DNA from: Candidatus Uhrbacteria bacterium
GTDB taxonomy: Bacteria; Patescibacteriota; Patescibacteriia; JACQRZ01
Reading direction: 5' to 3'
Assembly: GCA_016206175.1 (NCBI GenBank)
Contig: JACQSB010000018.1
Span: 1,334-65,333 of the forward strand
DNA length: 64,000 nt
A model generated the notes under the pieces. The model was not told the origin of the DNA. It saw nothing but the letters and a program-made list of their open reading frames with translations, and ran no database searches. Positions 28,158 to 38,000 of this stretch are shown one piece after another (position 1 is the first letter of the stretch; the number at the start of each line of letters is the position of its first letter). The position numbers were made by a program, and so were the translations under genes.

Positions 28158-28523
28158 CTACTGCTTTTTCTCGCTAGCGCGAAGTTTCATTACAATAAAT
28201 CCTACGAGACCACCGACAAAAATCAAAACTCCGGCAATAAGAAATGCTGTTTCGGAAAACTTCGGCGCACTCACTACTTTTTCTGTCGGACAAAACTCAT
28301 AGTTTTGCATGCTGGCGCCAACTTCGCCGCCGGCGAGCGTGTATGCCGGATTATTCAAGTATTGATCACAGAGCCCTTTATCCTGATAGCTGCTGCACTC
28401 GATTTTTTCCACTTGGCAAGGAATATCAGGCAATGTTGTTGAACCCTCATCGGCAAACACATCGAGAGGAAGAAGAAGGACAGTAAATAAGAAAATAAAT
28501 CGCATCATAAAAGACCTATACAT
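28158..28523 (-). CDS. small secreted Cys-containing protein with C-terminal TM anchor (121 aa)
   Basis: Signal peptide MRFIFLFTVLLLPLDVFA, four Cys and a C-terminal hydrophobic helix plus a basic tail. The TAATG overlap links it to the upstream gene. Confidence 0.5.
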   Translation of the reverse strand: MYRSFMMRFIFLFTVLLLPLDVFADEGSTTLPDIPCQVEKIECSSYQDKGLCDQYLNNPAYTLAGGEVGASMQNYEFCPTEKVVSAPKFSETAFLIAGVLIFVGGLVGFIVMKLRASEKKQ

Positions 28524-29152
28524 TAAGCCGCTTTAAGAGTATTGAGTTCAGCAACAATGCCTTCTGCCTGATGGAGAGCATTAATAAGATCGTTATACTC
28601 CTTCGCGCCGCTTGCTGCTTGTATCCGCTTTTCTTGCCTCGCTTCCAGATCTTTCTTTTTTTCTTCAATGCCAGCTCGCATCTGTGCTAGTTCGCGGCCG
28701 GCACTATCAAGTGCGGGAAATATGGTGCGAATGAATTTTGCCGCCCCAGAGCTCTCGTCGTATTTCTTTTGCATAGCGTCGAGTGCGTTGCCTGACTTCT
28801 TGATGTCGGCACGCAAAGGCTTGATCTTGCTGTCATATTTCACGACGCTTTTTTGCATTTCATTTATGAGATCCTTATAATGCTTATCGATTTGTTTCAC
28901 TGCGTCGGGATCAGATAAGGTATCCTTTACGATATCGAGCCGTTTCAATAAAAACCGAAGTTTTTGCGTGAGGGATTCCACCTGCCGCTGGGTTTCCTTA
29001 TCAACTTCAGCGGCAGAGCTTTTTTTACGGCTTGTGCTCTGTAGTTCTCGTTTCGTTCTCCTCTGTTCTTGTTGCGCCGCAAGGTCAATAACTTCAGCTT
29101 TGGAGCCAGCGGAAAGAATTTCCTGTGGCACGCTCCTTGTTTCTCGTGACAT
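28523..29152 (-). CDS. coiled-coil protein (209 aa)
   Basis: Highly charged, heptad-like sequence with no signal peptide. First gene of a tightly coupled trio. Confidence 0.5.
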   Translation of the reverse strand: MSRETRSVPQEILSAGSKAEVIDLAAQQEQRRTKRELQSTSRKKSSAAEVDKETQRQVESLTQKLRFLLKRLDIVKDTLSDPDAVKQIDKHYKDLINEMQKSVVKYDSKIKPLRADIKKSGNALDAMQKKYDESSGAAKFIRTIFPALDSAGRELAQMRAGIEEKKKDLEARQEKRIQAASGAKEYNDLINALHQAEGIVAELNTLKAA

Positions 29153-29235
29153 AACTATAATAATACCAGAATGTACTCTGGCTTAAATATTATTATAGCA
29201 TATCCTCTGTTGTCTGAACAGAGCAGTAAATCGTG

Positions 29236-31038
29236 CTATTTCCGCACTCGTTTGCGTTCAAACGCTGACATGATTCGCTTTCGCAAGCGAATGCTTTTGG
29301 GCGTCACCTCAACAAGTTCATCATCACCGATGTATTCCAAAGAGTTTTCCAGTCCCATGATGCGCGGCGCGTTGAGTCCTTCACTGACTCCTTCCCCTTT
29401 TGACCGCATGTTTGTCAGCCGTTTCTCCTTGCACACATTCACTTCGAGGTCTTCGGGCTTTGCATTTTGACCCACGATCTGACCCTCATAAACTTCCTCG
29501 CCCGGCTGGATGAAAAGCATACCGCGCTCCTGCGCGTTGACCATGCCATACGTATTTGTCACGCCCGACTCAAATGCAATCAAGGAGCCGTGCGGATTAG
29601 AATCAATCTCACCGGCAAAGGGCACGTAGCCGGAAAATAACGTGTTCAAAATACCCAACCCTTTCGTGGCAGTGAGGAATTCATTGCGAAAACCGATAAA
29701 GCCGCGGGTTGGCACAACAAAATGGAATGACGCTAATCCATTATCAACGTGCATATTTTTTAATTCTCCTTTTCGCTTTCCCAGCCGCTCCAAAATAGCG
29801 CCCATGTATTCTTCTGGGACATCAATCCATACATCTTCAAGCGGTTCTTTCCGTACGCCATCCTCTTCGTGGAAAATCACCTCCGGACGAGAGACTTGCA
29901 ACTCATACCCCTCGCGGCGCATACGCTCAATCAAGATAGCAAGATGTAGTTCACCTCGGCCACTCACAATGAATTCATCCGCGCCCCTGCCTTCTTCGAC
30001 CCGCAAAGCAACATCGGTCTCAAGTTCTTTGAAGAGGCGTTCCCGAAGATTGCGCGACGTGCAATACTCCCCTTCCCTGCCTGCAAACGGAGAAGTGTTT
30101 ACCGCAAATGTCATTTTTACTGTCGGCTGTTCAATCGTGATCGGCGGGAGCTGGATTGGATTATTCGCATCGGCAAGCGTATCGCCGATCGTCACATCAT
30201 CGACTCCGGCGATCGCAACGATATCACCGGCTGACACGGTATCGGTTTCCACTCTGCCAAGGCCCTCAAATGTCATTAAGGCGCTGATTTTTGTCTTACG
30301 TACTGATCCATCGCGCGTGATATGCGCTAACGGCATGCCTGCACTTATCGATCCGTTCGAGACGCGACCGATCGCAATGCGGCCCTTGTAGGAATCAGCG
30401 GCAAGGGTCGTCACCAACATCTGAAACGACTCGTTTGTTGAACCGGAAGGAGTTGGGATATACGAAAGGATTGCGTCAAATACTGGCGTGATGTCAGTCA
30501 TTTTTTCCAAGTCGGCCGTTACACCCGCCTTGCCTTCGCGGGCGGAAGCATACAGCACCGGAAAATCAACCTGTTTGTCGTCTGCCCCGAGTTCAATAAA
30601 AAGTTCAAAAGTTTTTTCATGGGCATAGGTGACTCGCGCATTCGGCTTATCGATCTTGTTGATTACCACAATAATCGTATGACCCAATTCAAGGGCTTTT
30701 TTGAGCACAAAACGCGTTTGCGGCATGGGACCTTCTTGCGCGTCAATAAGCAACAGTACGCCGTCAGCCATCTTCAACACGCGCTCAACCTCGCCGCCGA
30801 AATCCGCGTGGCCGGGCGTGTCGATGATATTGATCTTCGTATCACCATATCGCACCGATGCATTTTTCGAAAAAATCGTGATGCCGCGCTCGCGTTCAAG
30901 TTCGTTGGAATCCATGATCAATTCATCCGCCGTGTCTTTGCCAAGCTGTATGCGTGATGCGCGCAGCAAAGCATCCACGAGCGTTGTTTTGCCGTGGTCA
31001 ACGTGTGCAATGATAGCTATGTTTCTGATATTGGACAT
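29236..31038 (-). CDS. typA: translational GTPase TypA/BipA
   Basis: AHVDHGKTT, DTPGHADF and NKID G-domain motifs with BipA-specific C-terminal domain length (600 aa). Confidence 0.95.
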   Translation of the reverse strand: MSNIRNIAIIAHVDHGKTTLVDALLRASRIQLGKDTADELIMDSNELERERGITIFSKNASVRYGDTKINIIDTPGHADFGGEVERVLKMADGVLLLIDAQEGPMPQTRFVLKKALELGHTIIVVINKIDKPNARVTYAHEKTFELFIELGADDKQVDFPVLYASAREGKAGVTADLEKMTDITPVFDAILSYIPTPSGSTNESFQMLVTTLAADSYKGRIAIGRVSNGSISAGMPLAHITRDGSVRKTKISALMTFEGLGRVETDTVSAGDIVAIAGVDDVTIGDTLADANNPIQLPPITIEQPTVKMTFAVNTSPFAGREGEYCTSRNLRERLFKELETDVALRVEEGRGADEFIVSGRGELHLAILIERMRREGYELQVSRPEVIFHEEDGVRKEPLEDVWIDVPEEYMGAILERLGKRKGELKNMHVDNGLASFHFVVPTRGFIGFRNEFLTATKGLGILNTLFSGYVPFAGEIDSNPHGSLIAFESGVTNTYGMVNAQERGMLFIQPGEEVYEGQIVGQNAKPEDLEVNVCKEKRLTNMRSKGEGVSEGLNAPRIMGLENSLEYIGDDELVEVTPKSIRLRKRIMSAFERKRVRK

Positions 31039-31151
31039 ATCGATAGAGAAAAATCAAAACGAACTCCTACAATACGGCAGGAAGTGGGCTTCTGTCAAGT
31101 AAAGGGGCTACCTCTACTCAATCATCAACGGAAGAACGCCTCTTTGTTGCT

Positions 31152-31856
31152 CTATGATTTTTTGAACGTAAGAGCAAACGTAGCGCCAAATGTGTCGTCA
31201 ATCACATTGTCTGCCAAGTTGTCGAAAAATTTCCCGGAACCGTATCGGATATCCCACAACGTCCGATCAAGATGCATATCCGCACGTAGCGCTATGGCAT
31301 CGCCTTGAATAGAAAGTGCTGCCGGAATTTCTACGGGATTCGTGATTCCCTTGATCGTAAGCTCCCCGCGCAAAAGATATGTGTTGGCACCTTGGTCAAC
31401 CGCTTGCTGTAATACAAACATTGCCGTCGGATATTTTCCCGCATCAAAAAATGCTTCGGATTTCAGATGCCCGGTGAGCGCTTCTTCTCCTATACCTTTT
31501 CCTGTCTTTCCAGCTTGGATCGTTGTCATGTCAAACACCAATGTCCCTGATGCTACTTTGCCGTCTTTTACCTCTGCCGATCCGTTTTTCAGCTTGAGCG
31601 ATCCTGTATCTTTGTAATTTGCTAGAAGCGGCTTCCTCCCTTCCCATCCAATCGAGCTTTCTTCAGCAACGACGGTGTATGTTCCGTCTTGCAATGCAAA
31701 TGGTGCTGATGGAGGCTCGCCGTCCTGTGATTGAGCTTCAAAACTTCCGCGCTGCGCCTCCGAAGAAAGTCTTTGTGGCTGTTGCTTGTTCTGCACATAC
31801 CAATATATGCCGCCGGCAACGATTATCGCCACGATGAATACATACAATACACGCAT
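31152..31856 (-). CDS. YceI-like domain protein, membrane anchored
   Basis: TM anchor followed by SSIGWEG...GTLVFDMTTI...HLKSEAFFDAGKYP...LRGELTIKGITNPV YceI blocks. ATG 31856 (MRVLYV) is preferred over the track start at 31928. Confidence 0.78.
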   Translation of the reverse strand: MRVLYVFIVAIIVAGGIYWYVQNKQQPQRLSSEAQRGSFEAQSQDGEPPSAPFALQDGTYTVVAEESSIGWEGRKPLLANYKDTGSLKLKNGSAEVKDGKVASGTLVFDMTTIQAGKTGKGIGEEALTGHLKSEAFFDAGKYPTAMFVLQQAVDQGANTYLLRGELTIKGITNPVEIPAALSIQGDAIALRADMHLDRTLWDIRYGSGKFFDNLADNVIDDTFGATFALTFKKS

Positions 31857-31878
31857 ACAATAGAGAGATAAAGATTTA

Positions 31879-32364
31879 TCACTTTTGAGCTTTAAGAGCT
31901 TCTTGGAGAAGAACAATCGTTTTTTCAAGGTCTTGCAATTTTCCTTCGTATTCCTGTTTGAGACGATGCTGATTGACCGTATACCCTTTCATGATATGGT
32001 CGCGCAACACCTTTGTCGCCCAGATGCGAAAGCGCGTCGCATGCCGCGAGTTCACACGATACCCGACCGCGATAATCATATCAAGGTGGTAATACTCGAT
32101 TTTTCGCTTGATAAAACGACCCCCCTCCCGCTGAACAGTTTCCATTTTGGAAACAGTTCCATTGCGGAGCAGCTCGGTGTCAGCATAGATATGTTTGATG
32201 TGCTTCGAGACTGCAGCCTTTTTTACGACAAAAAGATTTGCGATCTGCTGTTGTGACATCCAAATCGTCTCGTCGGCTACCATCACTTCAAAATGGATGC
32301 CATCCTTCCGTTCATACAGCAATATGGATCCGGAAGTATTTTGCTGTTCCATAGATATCTTCAT
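31879..32364 (-). CDS. RhuM-family protein, apparently truncated (161 aa)
   Basis: IWMSQQQIANLF...HIKHIY...EGGRFIKRKIEYYHLDMIIAVGYRVNSRHATRFRIWATKVL matches the RhuM N-terminal region. As I recall, full-length members are about twice as long. Confidence 0.7.
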   Translation of the reverse strand: MKISMEQQNTSGSILLYERKDGIHFEVMVADETIWMSQQQIANLFVVKKAAVSKHIKHIYADTELLRNGTVSKMETVQREGGRFIKRKIEYYHLDMIIAVGYRVNSRHATRFRIWATKVLRDHIMKGYTVNQHRLKQEYEGKLQDLEKTIVLLQEALKAQK

Positions 32365-32390
32365 CTTTATATGAAATGCTTCGCTCGTCC

Positions 32391-32921
32391 TTACTTCGGC
32401 AAAAGCGCCGGCTCGGCTGAATCAGAGATCGGTACGCGCCATTCGCGCCATTCTTGCGGGATAGCAAGAGCCCCTTCCACATCGGCAGTGATATTCGCAA
32501 ACCGTGGCTGATCGCCCTTTTCCGCATTGACCGCCACCACATAGATAAGATGTTTGGCAAACAATTCAGGACTGGCAAAATCCTCCACATTCATTGACGT
32601 TATTTCATTGATCCCTCCCCAACCGGCGTATGCTGTCTTGCCGGACTCTAACGTGATGCGGTATACCGTCGCGTGGCCGTAGATAGCATCTGATCCCTTA
32701 ACAGTCTGCAAGATCGGATAATAATAGTCATCCACTCTTTGCAGTGACACGTAATCTTCACCCAAATAATACGGCACTTCACGCGAAAGATACTCTTTTA
32801 ATTCTCTTTCCTGCAAAAAATCTGTTTTTATTAAAAATAGAAAAGTGCCAAAGATACCGGCAACAATAACAGCAGCAAACGCGATTACGGGAAAGATAAA
32901 TTTTTTATCGTCAGGCATCAT
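32391..32921 (-). CDS. membrane-anchored hypothetical protein (176 aa)
   Basis: Single N-terminal TM helix. 4-nt overlap with the upstream IMPase gene. Confidence 0.5.
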   Translation of the reverse strand: MMPDDKKFIFPVIAFAAVIVAGIFGTFLFLIKTDFLQERELKEYLSREVPYYLGEDYVSLQRVDDYYYPILQTVKGSDAIYGHATVYRITLESGKTAYAGWGGINEITSMNVEDFASPELFAKHLIYVVAVNAEKGDQPRFANITADVEGALAIPQEWREWRVPISDSAEPALLPK

Positions 32922-33757
32922 AGAAGTGATGCAGCATCCATGGATCGGACAAGCTGCTCGTGGATCGCGCCATTAGTTCCAAAAACGCCTCGTACGCGCG
33001 AAACGTTCTCCTGGCAATAACGGAACGGCGCGCCATCGATGTCAGTAATCGTCCCGCCGGCTTCTTGCAAGATCACTTCGGGAGCGCACGTGTCCCATTC
33101 CGAGGTGAGCGGACCGGTGTTGACATACAGATCGCACTCCCCGCGCGCAACAAGACAGACTCGTTTCGCCGTACTGCCAGAAGTGATGCGCCCTTGAATC
33201 CCCATACGTTCAAGCGCGGACGCATCGCTCGGCCGGACATGGATGTTGCTCACGACAGCTTTCATTTCATTCGGATTATTCGTACGGCTTACGTGCAGGC
33301 GGATAGGAGTCTGCGTTCCCTTCTGGAGAAATGCGCCCGTACCCCGTTGAGCAAAAATCATTTCATCAGTAAGCGGAATATACACCACGCCGAGTATCGG
33401 CGTACGCTGATAAACAAGTCCGATGACGACGGAAAAATCGCCTGTTTTTCGCACAAATCCGCGCGTGCCGTCGAGCGGATCCACAAACCAGGTATAGTCA
33501 GAACCTTCACATGTGTGTCTTCCTGATTCTTCGGCAACGATCGAGTAGGAAAATTCCTCTTTGATCCGCGACAAAATCGCACGCTCGCTTGCATGATCCG
33601 CGTCTGTCACCGGCGATTGATCTTGTTTGTGCTGTACCGTAAAACCACGCTCGTAATAATCGCGCAATACCGCTCCGGCAGCATGTGCGCATTCCTGCGC
33701 GATCATCATTTCTTTTTTTAATTCTGATGTCATGACAATAAGAGACAGGTAAATCAA
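32918..33757 (-). CDS. inositol monophosphatase family protein
   Basis: VAEESG and WFVDPLDGTRGF metal-binding motifs plus WDTCAPEVIL. The true start may be ATG 33733 (MTSELKK). Confidence 0.85.
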   Translation of the reverse strand: MIYLSLIVMTSELKKEMMIAQECAHAAGAVLRDYYERGFTVQHKQDQSPVTDADHASERAILSRIKEEFSYSIVAEESGRHTCEGSDYTWFVDPLDGTRGFVRKTGDFSVVIGLVYQRTPILGVVYIPLTDEMIFAQRGTGAFLQKGTQTPIRLHVSRTNNPNEMKAVVSNIHVRPSDASALERMGIQGRITSGSTAKRVCLVARGECDLYVNTGPLTSEWDTCAPEVILQEAGGTITDIDGAPFRYCQENVSRVRGVFGTNGAIHEQLVRSMDAASLL

Positions 33758-33776
33758 TTGATTCCATCCTTCCGCA

Positions 33777-33968
33777 TTATAACCCTTTATACATTTCTTT
33801 TCTATGCTTCACAATCAAAAATATGAGTACGGTTCGCTCATAGCGGAATAGAGCCCGATAATCACCAATTCTGAAACGATAGATATCTTTTGTTGTCTTG
33901 AGCTTTCGTGCGAATAAAAGAGGATTTTCACACGATGCCAAGTAGGCAAGTTTCTCCTTTTTTTTCTG
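33777..33968 (-). pseudogene. RelE/ParE-family toxin remnant (N-terminally truncated, no ATG, no antitoxin)
   Basis: Not in the ORF track. The minus frame reads ...ENPLLFARKLKTTKDIYRFRIGDYRALFRYERTVLIFLIVKHRKEMYKGL*, the C-terminal RelE/ParE core (RIGDYR...HRKE.Y). An upstream in-frame TGA lies at 33971..33969. Confidence 0.65.
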
Positions 33969-33981
33969 TCAAGCACGGTAA

Positions 33982-34704
33982 TCATACGCCATTCTCAAGT
34001 TTGCAATGATACAACAATTGTATTTCACTTTTGGTAAGCTCGCGCCACTCCCCTCTTTGAAGCCCCTTTGCTGTTAGCCCGGCATATGAAATACGGTCGA
34101 GCCTTTGGACAGAATACCCGAGAGATTGAAACATTCGATGAATCTGGCGATTGCGCCCCTCATGCAACGTGACGATGATGTCGCGCTTGCTGCCGCGAAA
34201 AAATTGAGCAGAGCACGAAGCTGTTTTTCTATCATCAAGCATGATTCCCGATTCAAAATGCTGCCGATCCTTTTTTGTGAATGATTTGTCCAGATAGGCG
34301 CGATATGCTTTTCCAACTCCATGTCGCGGATGCATCAGCTTATTGGCAAGTTCGCCATCATTGGTCAGCAAGAGAACGCCGGTAGTGTTCCGATCCAACC
34401 TTCCGATGGGAAATATCCGTTCTTTGATGTCGATATAATCCAAAACAGTATTTCTCCCGTGCGTATCAGAGCGCGTCGTGATGCAGTCGAGAGGTTTGTT
34501 GAATAAAAGATATCGATGACGGGGGTGGGTCGAAGAAATCTTTTTGCCGTCAATTGCAATAACATCTGCTGGCTGCACTTGATAGCCGGCTTGATCCAAC
34601 ACATGCCCATTCACGCTGATACGGCGTGCCGCGATAAGGCTATCAACAGCGCGGCGCGAAGCGATGCCAAGGCTCGCAAGATATTTGTTGATGCGAACAG
34701 CCAT
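33982..34704 (-). CDS. S4-domain pseudouridine synthase (RsuA/RluB family)
   Basis: N-terminal S4 (RINKYLASLGIASRR), catalytic GRLDRNTTGVLLLTNDG and a HPRH block. Confidence 0.9.
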   Translation of the reverse strand: MAVRINKYLASLGIASRRAVDSLIAARRISVNGHVLDQAGYQVQPADVIAIDGKKISSTHPRHRYLLFNKPLDCITTRSDTHGRNTVLDYIDIKERIFPIGRLDRNTTGVLLLTNDGELANKLMHPRHGVGKAYRAYLDKSFTKKDRQHFESGIMLDDRKTASCSAQFFRGSKRDIIVTLHEGRNRQIHRMFQSLGYSVQRLDRISYAGLTAKGLQRGEWRELTKSEIQLLYHCKLENGV

Positions 34705-34785
34705 TCAATTCCTATGATGTATATGCATAATCTATCGCAAAACAAAGGAGCGGACAAGACTTTTTTCACGACCAATAGTTCGCAA

Positions 34786-34935
34786 GCGGCCGCGGGGATA
34801 GTCCCTTGAGCGGCTTGTGGAGCGAGCGGGCACACGGTGCCCGAAGCGTAAGCGTATGGCGAGCGAGTGAACGTGCAGCCAAACCACGCTGGGGTTTTGG
34901 CGTAGCGAAAGGGAGTATCCCGAGTGCCGCTCAGA
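34786..34935 (+). other. GC-rich structured intergenic element (candidate ncRNA, unclassified; strand uncertain)
   Basis: A GC-rich block of about 150 nt in an AT-rich spacer. Closing helix TGAGCGGC (34808..34815) / GCCGCTCA (34926..34933). Hairpins GGGCAC-ACG-GTGCCC and GCGT..GGC..GCG-AGTGAA-CGT..GCC..ACGC. GCG(A/T)AGCG recurs four times. No plausible ORF. Confidence 0.3.
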
Positions 34936-35025
34936 TATATGCACCAGTGTAAAGACTGGCATTTCCATGCCGTTTCTTATACAATCGTTGAGAGACTAAG
35001 AAAGGCAGAATAACACCTCGAGTGT

Positions 35026-38000
35026 ATGACAATCCGCGAAAAATCCATCGGAGAACTCACAGGGCAAATGAAAGAAGTATCTCGCACGATCGGCGAGAGT
35101 ATTGCTGCTCCGACAGTCTCGCCAGAAACGTTCGCTTCTCTATCTGCAGACCAACTCCAACGGCTTTTTTCTCGACGATTTGAAATCTACCGTAAGATTC
35201 TTCTGGAGAGAAGCACCGTTGGCGATACAAGTGTCGGATTAAGCGACCGGGAACTTGCCTCCATGCGGGAATATCTGCGGATGCTTAACGCGATTGATCA
35301 ATATATCGCTGACAATCCTACCGGCGTGGAAGGAGAGCCGAGGCTGGAACCATTTCAAGTTGATGTAATACGTGCCATCCAACGATTCATTGAAGAAGGC
35401 AATACGCGCGGATATCTTACTATGGCTGGCGGCACGGGCAAAACGGTCGTCTATACAAAACTACTCGATGTGATGCGCCCCCGCAAAACGCTCATCCTGT
35501 CCCCCTCGCAGCCATCCATCGGGCAGATCAAAGACAAAATGCAGGTATTTGCAGAAGGCCTGGATGTAGGCCAGATCTACCAACACGCAAAAGAGTATGG
35601 TCACGATATTACTGTAACGACGCCGAATAGCTACTTACTAGACATAGCAGCCGATCCGGAGTACGCCCGTCAATTTGACTGCGTGATTTTTGATGAAGCC
35701 CATCGATACCTCGCGCCGAGGATGCGCGCGGGTATTGCCGCATTACGCGAAGATGCTCTCATGCTTGGTTTCACGCAAACAGAAAAATACTCTGACGAAA
35801 AGAAAGTGGCAAACTACCTCCCTATCCGCATTGGCAATATCGACATTAGTGAAGCAGTTGCTCTGCGCGCTATCTCCGCGTTTCAAACGATATTTATTAA
35901 GACCAAAGTGGATGTGTCAGATGTCACGATCACTCCTGACGGCGGACTGAATGATAGAGAAATGCAGGAGTTGGCCGAACAAGTTGGGCTGGATATCACG
36001 ATGGTCGATACATACAAAGAGTTCACTCCCGACAAACGCGCTATGGCTTTTTTCAACCGCAAAACAGAATGCATCGAAGCTGCGGCGCTCTATAACAACG
36101 AGGGTGTACGCGCAGCAGCGATATACAGCGGTATGAGCCAGACAGAGACTAATGCCATTCTCAAGGCACATCGGGCTGGCGAGATTAAGGTCGTCGTTTG
36201 CATGAAGAAACTTGCAGAAAGCTATGATGACCCTGGCATTGAAGTTGTGCTCTGCCACCGTCCTACCTTATCCCCCGTACTTGAGTCACAGCGATGCACG
36301 CGCGCCACGCGCATTCCGTCATGGGAGCGGGATATCTTGAAACACCATTTTTCAGACGAACAGAAACTCCCGCCAAAAGTAGCGCTGATCATCGAGGCAA
36401 TCTTTCAGTCGCGCGATCCGCGAAAAGTGCAAGTAACATTTCCCAGCATCGCCGGAGGAAGTTTCCTGTATCCAAAAAACAGTCCTGAAAGCACCAAACC
36501 GCGCATCTACCTTCCCCCCGTGCCGGAACAAGTCTATACGATCCATGGCTTGCAAGTCATCGCTGACCATCGCATGGTCTACGAGATGACAGAAAAAATG
36601 GAAAAAGAAAAATATGGCGATCCTGAAAGCGGGTGGCTGCCTCTTGAGGCAATCCTTCAGAATCCGTATTTCGAAGGCATTACTTCCTTTTTAATAACGT
36701 CGAATGTATATCGCCTTGAATTGAAGCATCCGGAATGGGTAAAGCTCTTTGTCAACCGCGAAAAAAATAAACTTCTCAAACACTTCTCGCCAGATCTGAT
36801 CGCTGCTCTCAAAAATGAATTTCCTCTATTTCCCGAGGGCTGGAAGTCGGAAGACGACGAAGTGCTCAAAACATATCGCCTTGGAAGAGAGCGGCTCAAA
36901 AGAACAGCATCGGCAGTCAGTCGAACTTTGCGGATCCCCTACCAAGATTTGATTTGTTCGCGAGGAAAGCGAGTAGCGATATCGCCCCAATTTGAAAGCT
37001 TGCTGCCGGACCTCTATACACCGATACCGGCTGGCGCGAATACAATCAGTCAGCTTACGCAAGAGTCTGGGGGTCGAGTGTCAGAGGCTGCGATCAGGGA
37101 TGTTGTGGAGCCTTATCGCGCATCACATCAGGACTGGTTTATCAAACAGATGACCAAACTTGAAAAAGAAAGTCCGTATACGCTCCGTTATCGCCCTGAC
37201 AAATCCTTTAAGGGGCATGAATATCTGACACGAGAGCTCTGTGATATCGTGAGAGAACATTTCGACTTTGGTGAAGAGCGCGTCAGAAAAGGCAGGCCGC
37301 GTCCGGGATGGCGGATGCGTACGTCTCTCGAGTCGCAGTACGGACCGCTACCACCGCGGGTCGAGCAAGTCGTACAAAATAATCCTGATACAGCAGAGCT
37401 GCGGAACTTCAATAAGACTGTTGATCGTAGCTATCACCCCAAGATCATTGCGGAATGGGCAAAAGAGGCAGAACGCCTTGCAAAGAAGCACGCTGAAGAG
37501 TTACGCAAAAGATATCGCCCTGCTCCGCATGGATGGATATCGCTGTACGACTTTTGGAAAGAGACAAAATTTGAAACGCCCGAGATCTTGCAAGTAAAAC
37601 TCAATCGGATGGAGGATCATCTTACGCATACCGCCTATCCTCTCGTGTATTTTCTCGATGCAAGCGGCATACCAAATCTCCATATGAGCCCAACACAAGT
37701 ACAGTTGGCTCGCATTGAATTCGGACTCATCAATAGATTTTCACGGCAAACCGTACAACCCTCGAATTGGCGGGAAGAATCTCGTTTTGAAGATGAATAC
37801 GGGTATGATTCTGAAAACATTGATTTCCTTGCGAAAGGCACTCTTGCATTAGCTAACAAAGACACTCCAGAAGAAAAAAGGACGGCGATGGAACGCTCGC
37901 GAAATATGGCGCCCGACACAGACAGAATCTTGTGGCACCGTGCCCTTGCGCGTATTACAAAAGAAAGTCTGTCTCCGGCAAAAAAGACCTTGCTTGAACG

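Noticed and set aside
34786-34935. Small SRP (4.5S) RNA
   Set aside because: There is a GCAGCC segment and a capped hairpin with two internal loops. However, the 5' side lacks the conserved GGUC.GG-type sequence, the apical loop is a hexaloop rather than a clean GNRA tetraloop, and the loop asymmetry is opposite to domain IV. Left unclassified.
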